A DNA stretch of 64,000 bases from Dehalococcoidia bacterium (GTDB lineage Bacteria; Chloroflexota; Dehalococcoidia; UBA2979), in contig OZ219868.1 in the NCBI GenBank assembly GCA_964291495.2, positions 64,001 through 128,000 on the forward strand, written 5' to 3'. The notes under the pieces were generated by a model. It made no database searches. It saw only the letters and a list, made by a program, of their open reading frames with translations, and was not told where the DNA came from. Numbering within the stretch: position 1 is the stretch's first letter; every line of letters starts with the position of its first letter. This document shows, piece after piece, positions 47,536 through 56,059 of the stretch. The position numbers were made by a program, and so were the translations under genes.

Positions 47536-48519
47536 GTGGCCGACGCGACCAGGGCCGACAGAATCGTGGTCCTCGACGGGGCCAAGCTCAATCCGGGTGA
47601 TCTGAGCTGGGACGGCCTCGCCGCCTTCGGCGAGCTGACGGTCCACGAACTCACCCCGCCCGAAGCGGTCGTTGAGCGCGCCGCCGGCTGCCGCTACGTC
47701 TTCACCAACAAGACGGTGCTCCGCGCCGAGACGATCCGGCAACTGCCCGACCTCGCCTACATAGGCGTGCTCGCGACCGGCTACGACGTCGTCGACGTCG
47801 CGGAGGCGGTGAGCCGCGGCATCGTGGTGACCAACGTGCCGGCCTATGGCACCGACTCCGTGGCGCAGCACGCGGCTGCGCTGATGCTCGAGCTCGCGCG
47901 CCGCACCGCGCCGCACGCCGAGGCCGTGCGCGAGGGCGCCTGGAGCGGCGAGGGCGAGTGGTGCTTCTCCGTCGCGCCGATGATGGAGCTCTCCGACCGC
48001 AACCTCGGCGTCGTCGGACTGGGGCGGATCGGGCGCGCCGTCGCACGCATCGGTGCGGCGATGGGCATGACGATCCTCGCCAGCAACACGCACCGGCCGG
48101 ATGCGGCGGCCCTCGAAGGCATCGAGGTGGAGTTCACGGGCATCGACGACCTCTTCAGCCGCGCCGACGTGCTGAGCCTGCATTGCCCGCTGACGCCGGA
48201 CACCGAGCGGCTCGTCGACGCGCGGCGGCTGGCGCTGATGAAGCCCGAGGCGCTGCTGATCAACACCGGCCGCGGCCCGCTGGTGGACAGCGCCGCTCTC
48301 GCCGCGGCCCTCGAGGCGGGGACGATCGCGGGCGCCGGCCTCGACGTGCTCGAAGCGGAGCCGCCGCCAGAGGATCACCCGCTGCTGCGCGCGCCGAACT
48401 GCATCATCACGCCGCACGTCGCCTGGTACGCGCGGGCGTCGCGGCAGCGGCTGATGGACATTGCCGTCGCCAACCTGCGCGCCTTCGTCGAAGGACGGCC
48501 CGCCAACACGGTCGGTTAG
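47536..48519 (+). CDS. D-2-hydroxyacid dehydrogenase (glycerate dehydrogenase/HprA-like)
   Basis: LNPGDLSW, LATGYD, GLGRIG, LHCPLT, INTGRG, TPHVAW. Confidence 0.92.
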   Translation: MADATRADRIVVLDGAKLNPGDLSWDGLAAFGELTVHELTPPEAVVERAAGCRYVFTNKTVLRAETIRQLPDLAYIGVLATGYDVVDVAEAVSRGIVVTNVPAYGTDSVAQHAAALMLELARRTAPHAEAVREGAWSGEGEWCFSVAPMMELSDRNLGVVGLGRIGRAVARIGAAMGMTILASNTHRPDAAALEGIEVEFTGIDDLFSRADVLSLHCPLTPDTERLVDARRLALMKPEALLINTGRGPLVDSAALAAALEAGTIAGAGLDVLEAEPPPEDHPLLRAPNCIITPHVAWYARASRQRLMDIAVANLRAFVEGRPANTVG

Positions 48520-48541
48520 GCCGGAACCGCGACGCCGATCG

Positions 48542-50188
48542 TCACTGCCCGTGCGCGGAGAGCGTGATCAGCTCGATCGCCTCGTGGCTTGAGATTGAGC
48601 CGACGAACGTACCCGTCTCGCGGTCGGCGACCGGGAGCACGGTCAACGCACTCTCGATCATCCGCTGCAGCGCGTCCTCCACGAATTCGTCGGTATAGGC
48701 GTAGGGCGTGTCTTGGCGGAGGACCCGCTGGAGAGTGGTGTGCTCCCACTCCCTGCGAGGGAGATATCGCAGCAGGCTGAGGGAGACGATGCCCGCCAGC
48801 TCTTCGCCGTCCACGACCACGTAGTCATGCTGCTCGGGAAGCAGCCAGGTTGCGGCAAACGCCTTCACCGTCAGCCTCTGTTCCGGATGCATGCGGGACT
48901 CGTCCAGGACGTCCCGCACCTGGAGTCCCTCGAGGGCGAAACGGTCCAGGGACGGTGGCAGTCCCTCGTCGGACACGTCGGGTTTCGCTTCGCCCAGCCG
49001 CCTGAGCGCGAAGCTGATGCCAAGGGGCGTGAGCAGGATGTATCCAAGCATCACCAGCACGAGCAGGGAGAACACGCCCCGGTCGATCGCGCCGGCTTGG
49101 AACAGCAGGAGCAGCAGCGCAATCTCGGCCACTCCCTTTGCCATCAGGCCGGCTGCCGTGGCGAGCGGCGCCTGGAGCCGGGTGATGTAGGCGCTGATGA
49201 ACGCTCCCGCGAACTTCCCCGCCAGCGGCACCAGCGCCAGCACGATGATGGTCTCGGGCGCGAGCCCGGTGAAGTCGAGGCTCAGGTGCAGCCCCGCGGA
49301 CGCGAAGAACAACGGAACGAAGAACCCCTCGGCGGTCCCTCGCATTCCAGGCATGATGTCGTGACGCACCTGGTAGGGCAGGGTAGAAAGCGCCGCGCCG
49401 AACAACAGCGCGCCCAGCGAGCCGTGGAGGCCGACCTCCTCGGCCGCCACCACGACCAGGAACAGCCCGCCGAGCAACAATCCGAACGAGAGCTGCGGGA
49501 CCTGCAGGATGTGGTACAGCAGCACGATCACCCTCGGAAGCACCCTGGTGGAGACCACCCACGTCACAACGGCGAATCCGAGGATCTGCCCCACGACGAT
49601 CGCGATGCTGGACCACTCCAGCTGGTGTCCGTGTTCCGTCATCACACGGTCACTGATCGAGAAGCCGACGACGAACAGCGCGATCAGCTCGGCGATCACC
49701 ACTGCGCTGAAGATCTGCACGCCTACGGGATCCTTCAGCCGCCCCTCGTCGATCAGCACCTTCGCGACCACCCCGAGGCTGGAGAGCGAGAGCACGCCCG
49801 CCAGCGCCAGCGCCTCGGTGAAGCTGAGCTCCAGTTGCAGATCGAAGAACGCCTCCGTCGTCACCGCGAGCGAGACGAGGAGCGAGATCGCCACGGATAG
49901 CACCGCGGCCAGGAAGAGCCGGCCGCGAATCGCGGCGACGAAGCCCCAGACGTCAAGCTCGTCGAGGCCGATCAGGAAGAAGAAGATGAAGATCCCGATC
50001 CCCAGGACAACATCGACCTCGGGGCCTGCCTCGACCAACCCCGTGAGGGGGCCGAGCACAACGCCACTCGTGGCGTAGGCGACAATCGCGCTGAGGCCGA
50101 AGCGCTTGAATATGCCTTCGAGAACTTTGGCGAAGACGATCAACAGCCCCATGAGGAGCAGGGCTTCGTGCATCTCCAAGGGAGCCAT
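48542..50188 (-). CDS. CPA2 cation:proton antiporter with C-terminal CBS pair
   Basis: ~12 TM, SLSSLGVVAKVL, FVPLFF; CBS-like tail (YVVVD..LAGIVS, LPVAD...VGSIS). Confidence 0.85.
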   Translation of the reverse strand: MAPLEMHEALLLMGLLIVFAKVLEGIFKRFGLSAIVAYATSGVVLGPLTGLVEAGPEVDVVLGIGIFIFFFLIGLDELDVWGFVAAIRGRLFLAAVLSVAISLLVSLAVTTEAFFDLQLELSFTEALALAGVLSLSSLGVVAKVLIDEGRLKDPVGVQIFSAVVIAELIALFVVGFSISDRVMTEHGHQLEWSSIAIVVGQILGFAVVTWVVSTRVLPRVIVLLYHILQVPQLSFGLLLGGLFLVVVAAEEVGLHGSLGALLFGAALSTLPYQVRHDIMPGMRGTAEGFFVPLFFASAGLHLSLDFTGLAPETIIVLALVPLAGKFAGAFISAYITRLQAPLATAAGLMAKGVAEIALLLLLFQAGAIDRGVFSLLVLVMLGYILLTPLGISFALRRLGEAKPDVSDEGLPPSLDRFALEGLQVRDVLDESRMHPEQRLTVKAFAATWLLPEQHDYVVVDGEELAGIVSLSLLRYLPRREWEHTTLQRVLRQDTPYAYTDEFVEDALQRMIESALTVLPVADRETGTFVGSISSHEAIELITLSAHGQ

Positions 50189-50370
50189 CCCCCTGATACG
50201 CCGCTCCGGCGATGACGGCGTCCGAGACGGTGCGGGGGAGTGTTCCTGATGTCAAGGCAATGCCGCCTGGCGAATGGTCGGGCGGCGGTGAATCACTCCT
50301 GACCGGCGCGTGTCGATGAGTCAGCGGGGCCGGCGAATACCACCGCACCGATCGGGAGAGCTCAGGGATC

Positions 50371-50458
<88 letters not shown>

Positions 50459-50534
50459 CGCGTCGCCCGTCCAGCATCGCGCGAGGACGGCAACGCGACA
50501 AGCGCCGCAGCGAGAAGTAGGCGCGAGGTGAGAG

Positions 50535-50609
50535 TGGAGCGGAAGACGGGGGTCGAACCCGCGACCTCCTCCTTGGCAAGGAGGCGCTCTACCACTGAGC
50601 TACTTCCGC
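50535..50609 (-). tRNA. tRNA-Gly(GCC)
   Basis: Reverse complement GCGGAAGTAGCTCAGTGGTAGAGC...CCTTGCCAAGG...GGTTCGACCC...CTTCCGCTCCA. Confidence 0.95.
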
Positions 50610-50745
50610 TGGCCTCGCCATGGTACGGCCAGCGCTCGCGCGCGGGCAACGTCGCCGGTGGCCCTTGAGGCGAGGCGCGGCAGGGCGTAGGCTGGGCAGA
50701 CACACCGCACGTTTGTTCGCAGCAGTGCCAAATGACGGAGTACCG

Positions 50746-53700
50746 ATGACCACTGCCGAAGCGCCAATCGCCAGCGGCATCGAGTTCCATCCCGCCGTCG
50801 CGGCCTGGTTCCGAGGGCGCTTCGAGGCGCCGACCGACGCGCAGACGGCGGGCTGGCCGCGCATCGCGAGCGGTCGCGACACGCTGATCAGCGCTCCGAC
50901 CGGCTCCGGCAAGACGCTCGCCGCCTTCCTCGCCGGCATCGACGGCCTCGTCCGCAAGGCGGAGGCGGGCACGCTCGAGGCCGTGACGGAGATCGTCTAC
51001 GTCACGCCGCTCAAGGCGCTCGGCAACGACATCCAGCGCAACCTCGAGACGCCGCTCGAGGAGATCCGCGAGGTCGCCTCGGAACTCGGCCTCGAACCGC
51101 CGGCGATCCGCACGGCGGTGCGCAGCGGGGACACGACGCAGAGCGAGCGGCAGGCGATGGTGCGCAAGCCGCCGCACATCCTGATCACCACACCCGAGTC
51201 GCTCTACCTGATGATCACCGCCGAGCGCAGCCGCGAGAACCTGCGGCGCGTGCGCACGGTGATCGTCGACGAGATCCACGCCCTCGCACGTGACCGCCGA
51301 GGCAGCCACCTCTCGCTCACCCTCGCGCGGCTCGACCAGCTCGTCGCCGACTCCGGCGGCGAGCGGCCCGCACGCATTGGACTCTCGGCGACACAGCGTC
51401 CGATCGAGGAGATCGCGCGCTTCCTCGTCGGCGCGGACCGCCTCGACGCGGACGGCGAGCCGGACTGCGCGATCGTGGACCTCGGACACCAGCGCGACCT
51501 CGACCTCGCCGTCGAACTGCCACCGAGCGACCTCGAGGCGGTCGCGCCTGCCGAGCAGTGGGGCGAGATCTATGACCGTATCGCCGAGCTGATCGCGGAG
51601 CACCGCACGACGCTGGTCTTCGTGAACACGCGGCGGCTCTCGGAGCGCGTCGCGCACCACCTCGTGGAGCGCGTCGGCGAGGAGCACGTCGCGAGCCACC
51701 ACGGCAGCCTCTCCAAGGAGCGGCGGCTGCGGCTGGAGCAGCGGCTCAAGGACGGCGAGCTGCGCGCGCTGGTCGCGACCGCCTCGCTCGAGCTGGGCAT
51801 CGACATCGGCTCGATCGACCTCGTCTGCCAGATCGGATCGCCGCGCAGCATTGCCACGTTCCTGCAGCGCGTCGGGCGTTCGGGCCACGCGCTCGGCGTG
51901 CGTCCGAAGGGCCGCATCTTCCCCGGCACGCGCGACGAGCTGGTGGAGAGCGCGGCGCTCACGAGGGCGGTCCGCGCGGGCCGCCTCGACAAGATCGTGC
52001 AGCCGGTCGCGCCGCTCGACGTGCTCGCGCAGCAGATCGTCGCCGAGTGCGCCGCGCGCGAGTGGAGCGAGGACGAGCTGTTCGAGCTCGTGCGCCGCGC
52101 CGCACCGTACCGCGACCTCGCGCGCAAGGACTACGACGAGGTGCTCGCGATGCTCGCGAGCGGCGTCGGCGAGGGCGCCGGCGGCTCCAGGCCGCTGCTG
52201 CACCGAGACCGCGTGGCCGGCCTGCTGCGCGCGCGCCGCGCCTCGAGGATGGTTGCGATCCAGAACGGCGGCACGATCCCCGAGCTGGGCGACTACCGCG
52301 TCGTCGCCGAGCCGGACGAGACCGTCGTCGGCACGGTCAACGAGGACTGGGCCGTCGAGAGCATGGCCGGGGACGTCTTCCTCCTCGGCAGCACCTCCTG
52401 GCGCATCCGGCGCGTCGAGAACGGGACCGTGCGCGTCGAGGACGCGCGCGGCGCGCCGCCGACGATTCCCTTCTGGCTCGGCGAGGGCCCCGGCCGCACG
52501 ATCGAGCTGAGCGAGGAGGTCGGCCGCCTGCGCCGCGAGATCGCGGAGAGCCTCGACGATGTCGAACCGCTCGCCAACATGCTGATCGAGGAGGCCGGGG
52601 TCGACCTCTCCGGCGCGCAGCAGCTGGTCGACTACGTGCGCGCGACGCGCGACGGCCTCGGCATCGTGCCGACCGACACCGACGTTGTCTTCGAGCGCTT
52701 CTTCGACGAGTCGGGCGGCATGCAGCTCGTGGTGCACGCGCCGTTCGGGTCGAGGATCAACCGCGCCTGGGGCCTCGCGCTGCGCAAGCGCTTCTGCGTC
52801 CGCTTCGACTTCGAGCTACAGGCGGCGGCCAACGATGACGGGATGATCCTCTCGCTGGGGCCGCAGCACAGCTTCCCCCTCGAGGAGTCGTTCGCCTACG
52901 TCACATCGAGGAACGTGGAAGAGGCGGTGCGGCAGTCCTGCTTCTACATCCCGCTCTTCCCCACGCGCTGGCGCTGGAACACCACGCGGGCGCTCGCGGT
53001 GCCGCGGCTACGCGGCGGCAAGAAGGTGCAGCCCTACCTGCAGCGCATGATTGCCGACGACCTGCTCGCCGCGACCTTCCCCGAGCAGGTCGGCTGCCAG
53101 GAGAACGTTACCGGTCCGCTCGAGATGCCCGACCACGTGCTCCTACGCCAGACGATGGACGACTGCCTGCACGAAGCGATGGACGTCGACAGCCTCGAGG
53201 CGGTGCTCGGGCGCATCGAGGCCGGCGAGATCCGGCTGCACGCGCGCGATACCACCGAACCCTCGCCGATGGCGCACGAGATCATCAACGGCAAGCCCTA
53301 CACCTTCCTCGACGACGCGCCGCTCGAGGAGCGCCGCACGCGCGCCGTGATGCTGCGCCGCTCGCTGCCGCGCGAGGCGCGCGACCTCGGCGCGCTCGAC
53401 GCCGACGCGATCGAGCGCGTCGCCGAGCAGGCCTGGCCGCAGCCGCGCAACGCGGACGAGACGCACGAGGCGCTGATGGGCCTCGTCGCCGTCCACGAGC
53501 AGGACGCGGCGGCGTGGGAGGGCTGGCTGCTCGACCTCGCCGCGCGGGGCCGCGCGGGCGCCCTCGTGGCGAACGGCGCGCGGCTCTGGTTCGCCGCCGA
53601 GCAGCACCCCGCGATCGCGCTGCTCTATCCGGACGCGGCCGCCGTGATCGCGCCCGTCGCCGCCGCGCTGCCCGCGGGCGTCGCCGAGTCCTGCGAGGAC

Positions 53701-55125
53701 CGTGAGGATGCGCGCAGGCGGCTGCTGCGCGGGCACAGCGAGGTGCGTGGGCCGTTCACGCCCTCGGGCCTTGCTTCGCGCACAGGCCTGGAGGTCAAGG
53801 ACGTCGCGCGTGGGCTCCAGCAGGTCGAGGCGAGCGGCTTCGTGCTGCGCGGGCGCTTCACGCCTGGCCGCGAGGGCGACGAGGACGAGTTCTGCGACCG
53901 CCGCCTGCTCGCGCGCATCCACCGCGAGACGCTCGACCGGCTGCGCCGCGAGATCGACCCGGTCAGCGCGCAGGACTTCATGCGCTTCCTGCTGCGCTGG
54001 CAGCACGTCGCGCCCGGCACGCAGCTCGCCGGCCGCCGCGGCGTGCGCCAGGCCGTCACCCAGCTCGGCGGTTTCGAAGCCCCCGCCGCGAGCTGGGAGC
54101 GCGATCTGCTGCGCGCGCGCGTCGAGGACTTCGGCCCCAACTGGCTCGATGAGCTGTGCCTCTCCGGCGAGATCGCCTGGGGCCGCCTCGCCCCGCCTCG
54201 CTCGGCGACGAACGGGCAGAACGGCAGCGAGGCGGCGCGCCTCTCGCGAGCGACGAAGGTGACGCCGGTCACGGTCGCCTCGAGGGGGGACCTCGCGATG
54301 CTGCTCGCGGCGGCGCGGGCGGACGGGCGGGTGCCCCGCGAACCCGCGGCTGGGGCGGCTGCGGAGCTGCTCGCGCTGCTGCGCGAGCGTGGCGCGCTGT
54401 TCTTCGACGAGCTGGTGGGCGGCACGCGCCGCCTCGCGAGCGATGTCGAGGAAGGCCTGCGCGAGCTGATCGCGGCCGGGCTCGTCGCCTCCGACGGCTT
54501 CCAGGGGCTACGCGACCTCACCCGCCGCTCCGCGCGGCGCGCCCGGCGCGGGCGCTACCTCGGGGCCGGGCGTTACACCGGCGGCGGACCGGCCGGCCGC
54601 TGGGCGCTGCTGCGCCCCGGCGAGGCCGACCCGGCCGAGCGCGACGAGTTCGCCGAGGAGCTGGCGCAACTCCTGCTGCGTCGCTACGGCGTCGTCTTCC
54701 GCGACGTGGTCGCCGCCGAGAGCTTCACCGTGCCCTGGCGCGACCTGCTGCGCGCGTTGCGACGCCTCGAGGCGCGCGGCATCGTGCGCGGCGGACGCTT
54801 CGTGCGCGGCTTCGTCGGCGAGCAATTCTCGCTGCCCGAGGCGCTCGAAGCCCTTCGCGCGGTGCGCCGCAGCCCGCGCGAGGGCGAGCGCGTGCGCCTC
54901 AGCGCCGCCGACCCGCTCAACCTGACCGGCGTGATCCTCCCCGGCCCGCGCATCCCTGCGGTGCAGGACCGCAGCTTCGAGCTCGTCGACGGCGCGCTCG
55001 CCGAACCCCCGGACGAGGGCCTGCTCGCCCCGGACGCCGACCTCGCCTCGCTCGCCGAGGGCGCCCGCGCGCCCTCGCAGGCCGCGCCCACCCCGCGCCG
55101 CGCCATCCCGCGCGCCTCGCACTGA
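50746..55125 (+). CDS. lhr: Full-length Lhr DEAD/DEIH-box helicase
   Basis: APTGSGKT, DEIH, LSAT, HHGSLS, LELGID, QRVGRSGH; C-terminal LL.RYG, RGGRFV..F.GEQF, A.DPLN; start ATG 50746. Confidence 0.92.
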   Translation: MTTAEAPIASGIEFHPAVAAWFRGRFEAPTDAQTAGWPRIASGRDTLISAPTGSGKTLAAFLAGIDGLVRKAEAGTLEAVTEIVYVTPLKALGNDIQRNLETPLEEIREVASELGLEPPAIRTAVRSGDTTQSERQAMVRKPPHILITTPESLYLMITAERSRENLRRVRTVIVDEIHALARDRRGSHLSLTLARLDQLVADSGGERPARIGLSATQRPIEEIARFLVGADRLDADGEPDCAIVDLGHQRDLDLAVELPPSDLEAVAPAEQWGEIYDRIAELIAEHRTTLVFVNTRRLSERVAHHLVERVGEEHVASHHGSLSKERRLRLEQRLKDGELRALVATASLELGIDIGSIDLVCQIGSPRSIATFLQRVGRSGHALGVRPKGRIFPGTRDELVESAALTRAVRAGRLDKIVQPVAPLDVLAQQIVAECAAREWSEDELFELVRRAAPYRDLARKDYDEVLAMLASGVGEGAGGSRPLLHRDRVAGLLRARRASRMVAIQNGGTIPELGDYRVVAEPDETVVGTVNEDWAVESMAGDVFLLGSTSWRIRRVENGTVRVEDARGAPPTIPFWLGEGPGRTIELSEEVGRLRREIAESLDDVEPLANMLIEEAGVDLSGAQQLVDYVRATRDGLGIVPTDTDVVFERFFDESGGMQLVVHAPFGSRINRAWGLALRKRFCVRFDFELQAAANDDGMILSLGPQHSFPLEESFAYVTSRNVEEAVRQSCFYIPLFPTRWRWNTTRALAVPRLRGGKKVQPYLQRMIADDLLAATFPEQVGCQENVTGPLEMPDHVLLRQTMDDCLHEAMDVDSLEAVLGRIEAGEIRLHARDTTEPSPMAHEIINGKPYTFLDDAPLEERRTRAVMLRRSLPREARDLGALDADAIERVAEQAWPQPRNADETHEALMGLVAVHEQDAAAWEGWLLDLAARGRAGALVANGARLWFAAEQHPAIALLYPDAAAVIAPVAAALPAGVAESCEDREDARRRLLRGHSEVRGPFTPSGLASRTGLEVKDVARGLQQVEASGFVLRGRFTPGREGDEDEFCDRRLLARIHRETLDRLRREIDPVSAQDFMRFLLRWQHVAPGTQLAGRRGVRQAVTQLGGFEAPAASWERDLLRARVEDFGPNWLDELCLSGEIAWGRLAPPRSATNGQNGSEAARLSRATKVTPVTVASRGDLAMLLAAARADGRVPREPAAGAAAELLALLRERGALFFDELVGGTRRLASDVEEGLRELIAAGLVASDGFQGLRDLTRRSARRARRGRYLGAGRYTGGGPAGRWALLRPGEADPAERDEFAEELAQLLLRRYGVVFRDVVAAESFTVPWRDLLRALRRLEARGIVRGGRFVRGFVGEQFSLPEALEALRAVRRSPREGERVRLSAADPLNLTGVILPGPRIPAVQDRSFELVDGALAEPPDEGLLAPDADLASLAEGARAPSQAAPTPRRAIPRASH

Positions 55126-55195
55126 GCACAAACGCGCTAAGGTAGAAGCACGGGCGGCGCACGCCGGCGCGCCGCCGCGAGGAGCGGAGTCCCCA

Positions 55196-56017
55196 GTGCC
55201 GCGACCGATCTGGCGAGGCGCGATCAGCTTCGGGATGGTCGCCATCCCCGTGCGCCTCTTCACCGCCACCGAGAGCAAGGACGTCTCCTTCCGGCAACTG
55301 CACAGCGAGGATCACTCGCGCGTGCGGCAGCTGCGCTGGAACCCCAACCTCGACCGCGAGGTGCCCTACGACGAGATCGTGCGCGGCTACGAGTACGCCA
55401 AGGACCGCTACGTCGTTCTCGACAACGAGGACTTCGACAAGCTGCCCCTCCCGACGAAGCACACGATCGCCATCAAGGCGTTCGTGAAGCTCGAGGAGAT
55501 CGACCCCGTCTTCTACGAGCGCGCCTACTACCTGGAACCCGACGAGACGGGCGCGAAACCGTTCGCGCTGCTGCTCAGGGCGCTGGAGGCGAAGGGCCTG
55601 ACCGCGATCGCGCAGGTCGCGATCCGCAACAAGGAGCGGCTCTGCGCGCTGCGGCCGGGCGCCGAGGGCCGTGTACTCCTCGAGACGCTGTACTACCCGG
55701 ACGAGCTGCGCACCGCCGCCCTCGAGCCATTCGAGGAGACCGAGGTCTCCGAGGACGAGCTGCAGATGGCGCTCACGCTGATCGAGATGCTGGAGGGCCC
55801 GTTCCAGCCCGAGGACTACCGCGACGAGTACCGCGACGCGCTGATGCAGCTGATCGAGGCCAAGCTCGAGGGCCAGGAACTCGTCGAGGCCGAGGCGCCC
55901 GAGACCGCGAAGGTCGTCGACTTGATGGCCGCGCTGCGCGCCAGCGTCGAGGCCGCCTCGCAGCGCGCCGCCACGCGCGAGGACGCCTCGGCCGCCACCC
56001 AGGCGAAGGCGAGCTAG
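55196..56017 (+). CDS. ku: NHEJ Ku protein
   Basis: PRPIWRGAISFGMVAIPV, GYEY, YYLEPD, VVDLMAALRAS. Confidence 0.95.
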   Translation: MPRPIWRGAISFGMVAIPVRLFTATESKDVSFRQLHSEDHSRVRQLRWNPNLDREVPYDEIVRGYEYAKDRYVVLDNEDFDKLPLPTKHTIAIKAFVKLEEIDPVFYERAYYLEPDETGAKPFALLLRALEAKGLTAIAQVAIRNKERLCALRPGAEGRVLLETLYYPDELRTAALEPFEETEVSEDELQMALTLIEMLEGPFQPEDYRDEYRDALMQLIEAKLEGQELVEAEAPETAKVVDLMAALRASVEAASQRAATREDASAATQAKAS

Positions 56018-56059
56018 CCCGCGTCCGCCGCCGGGCGCGCGCAGCACCGGCCCGCAGCC

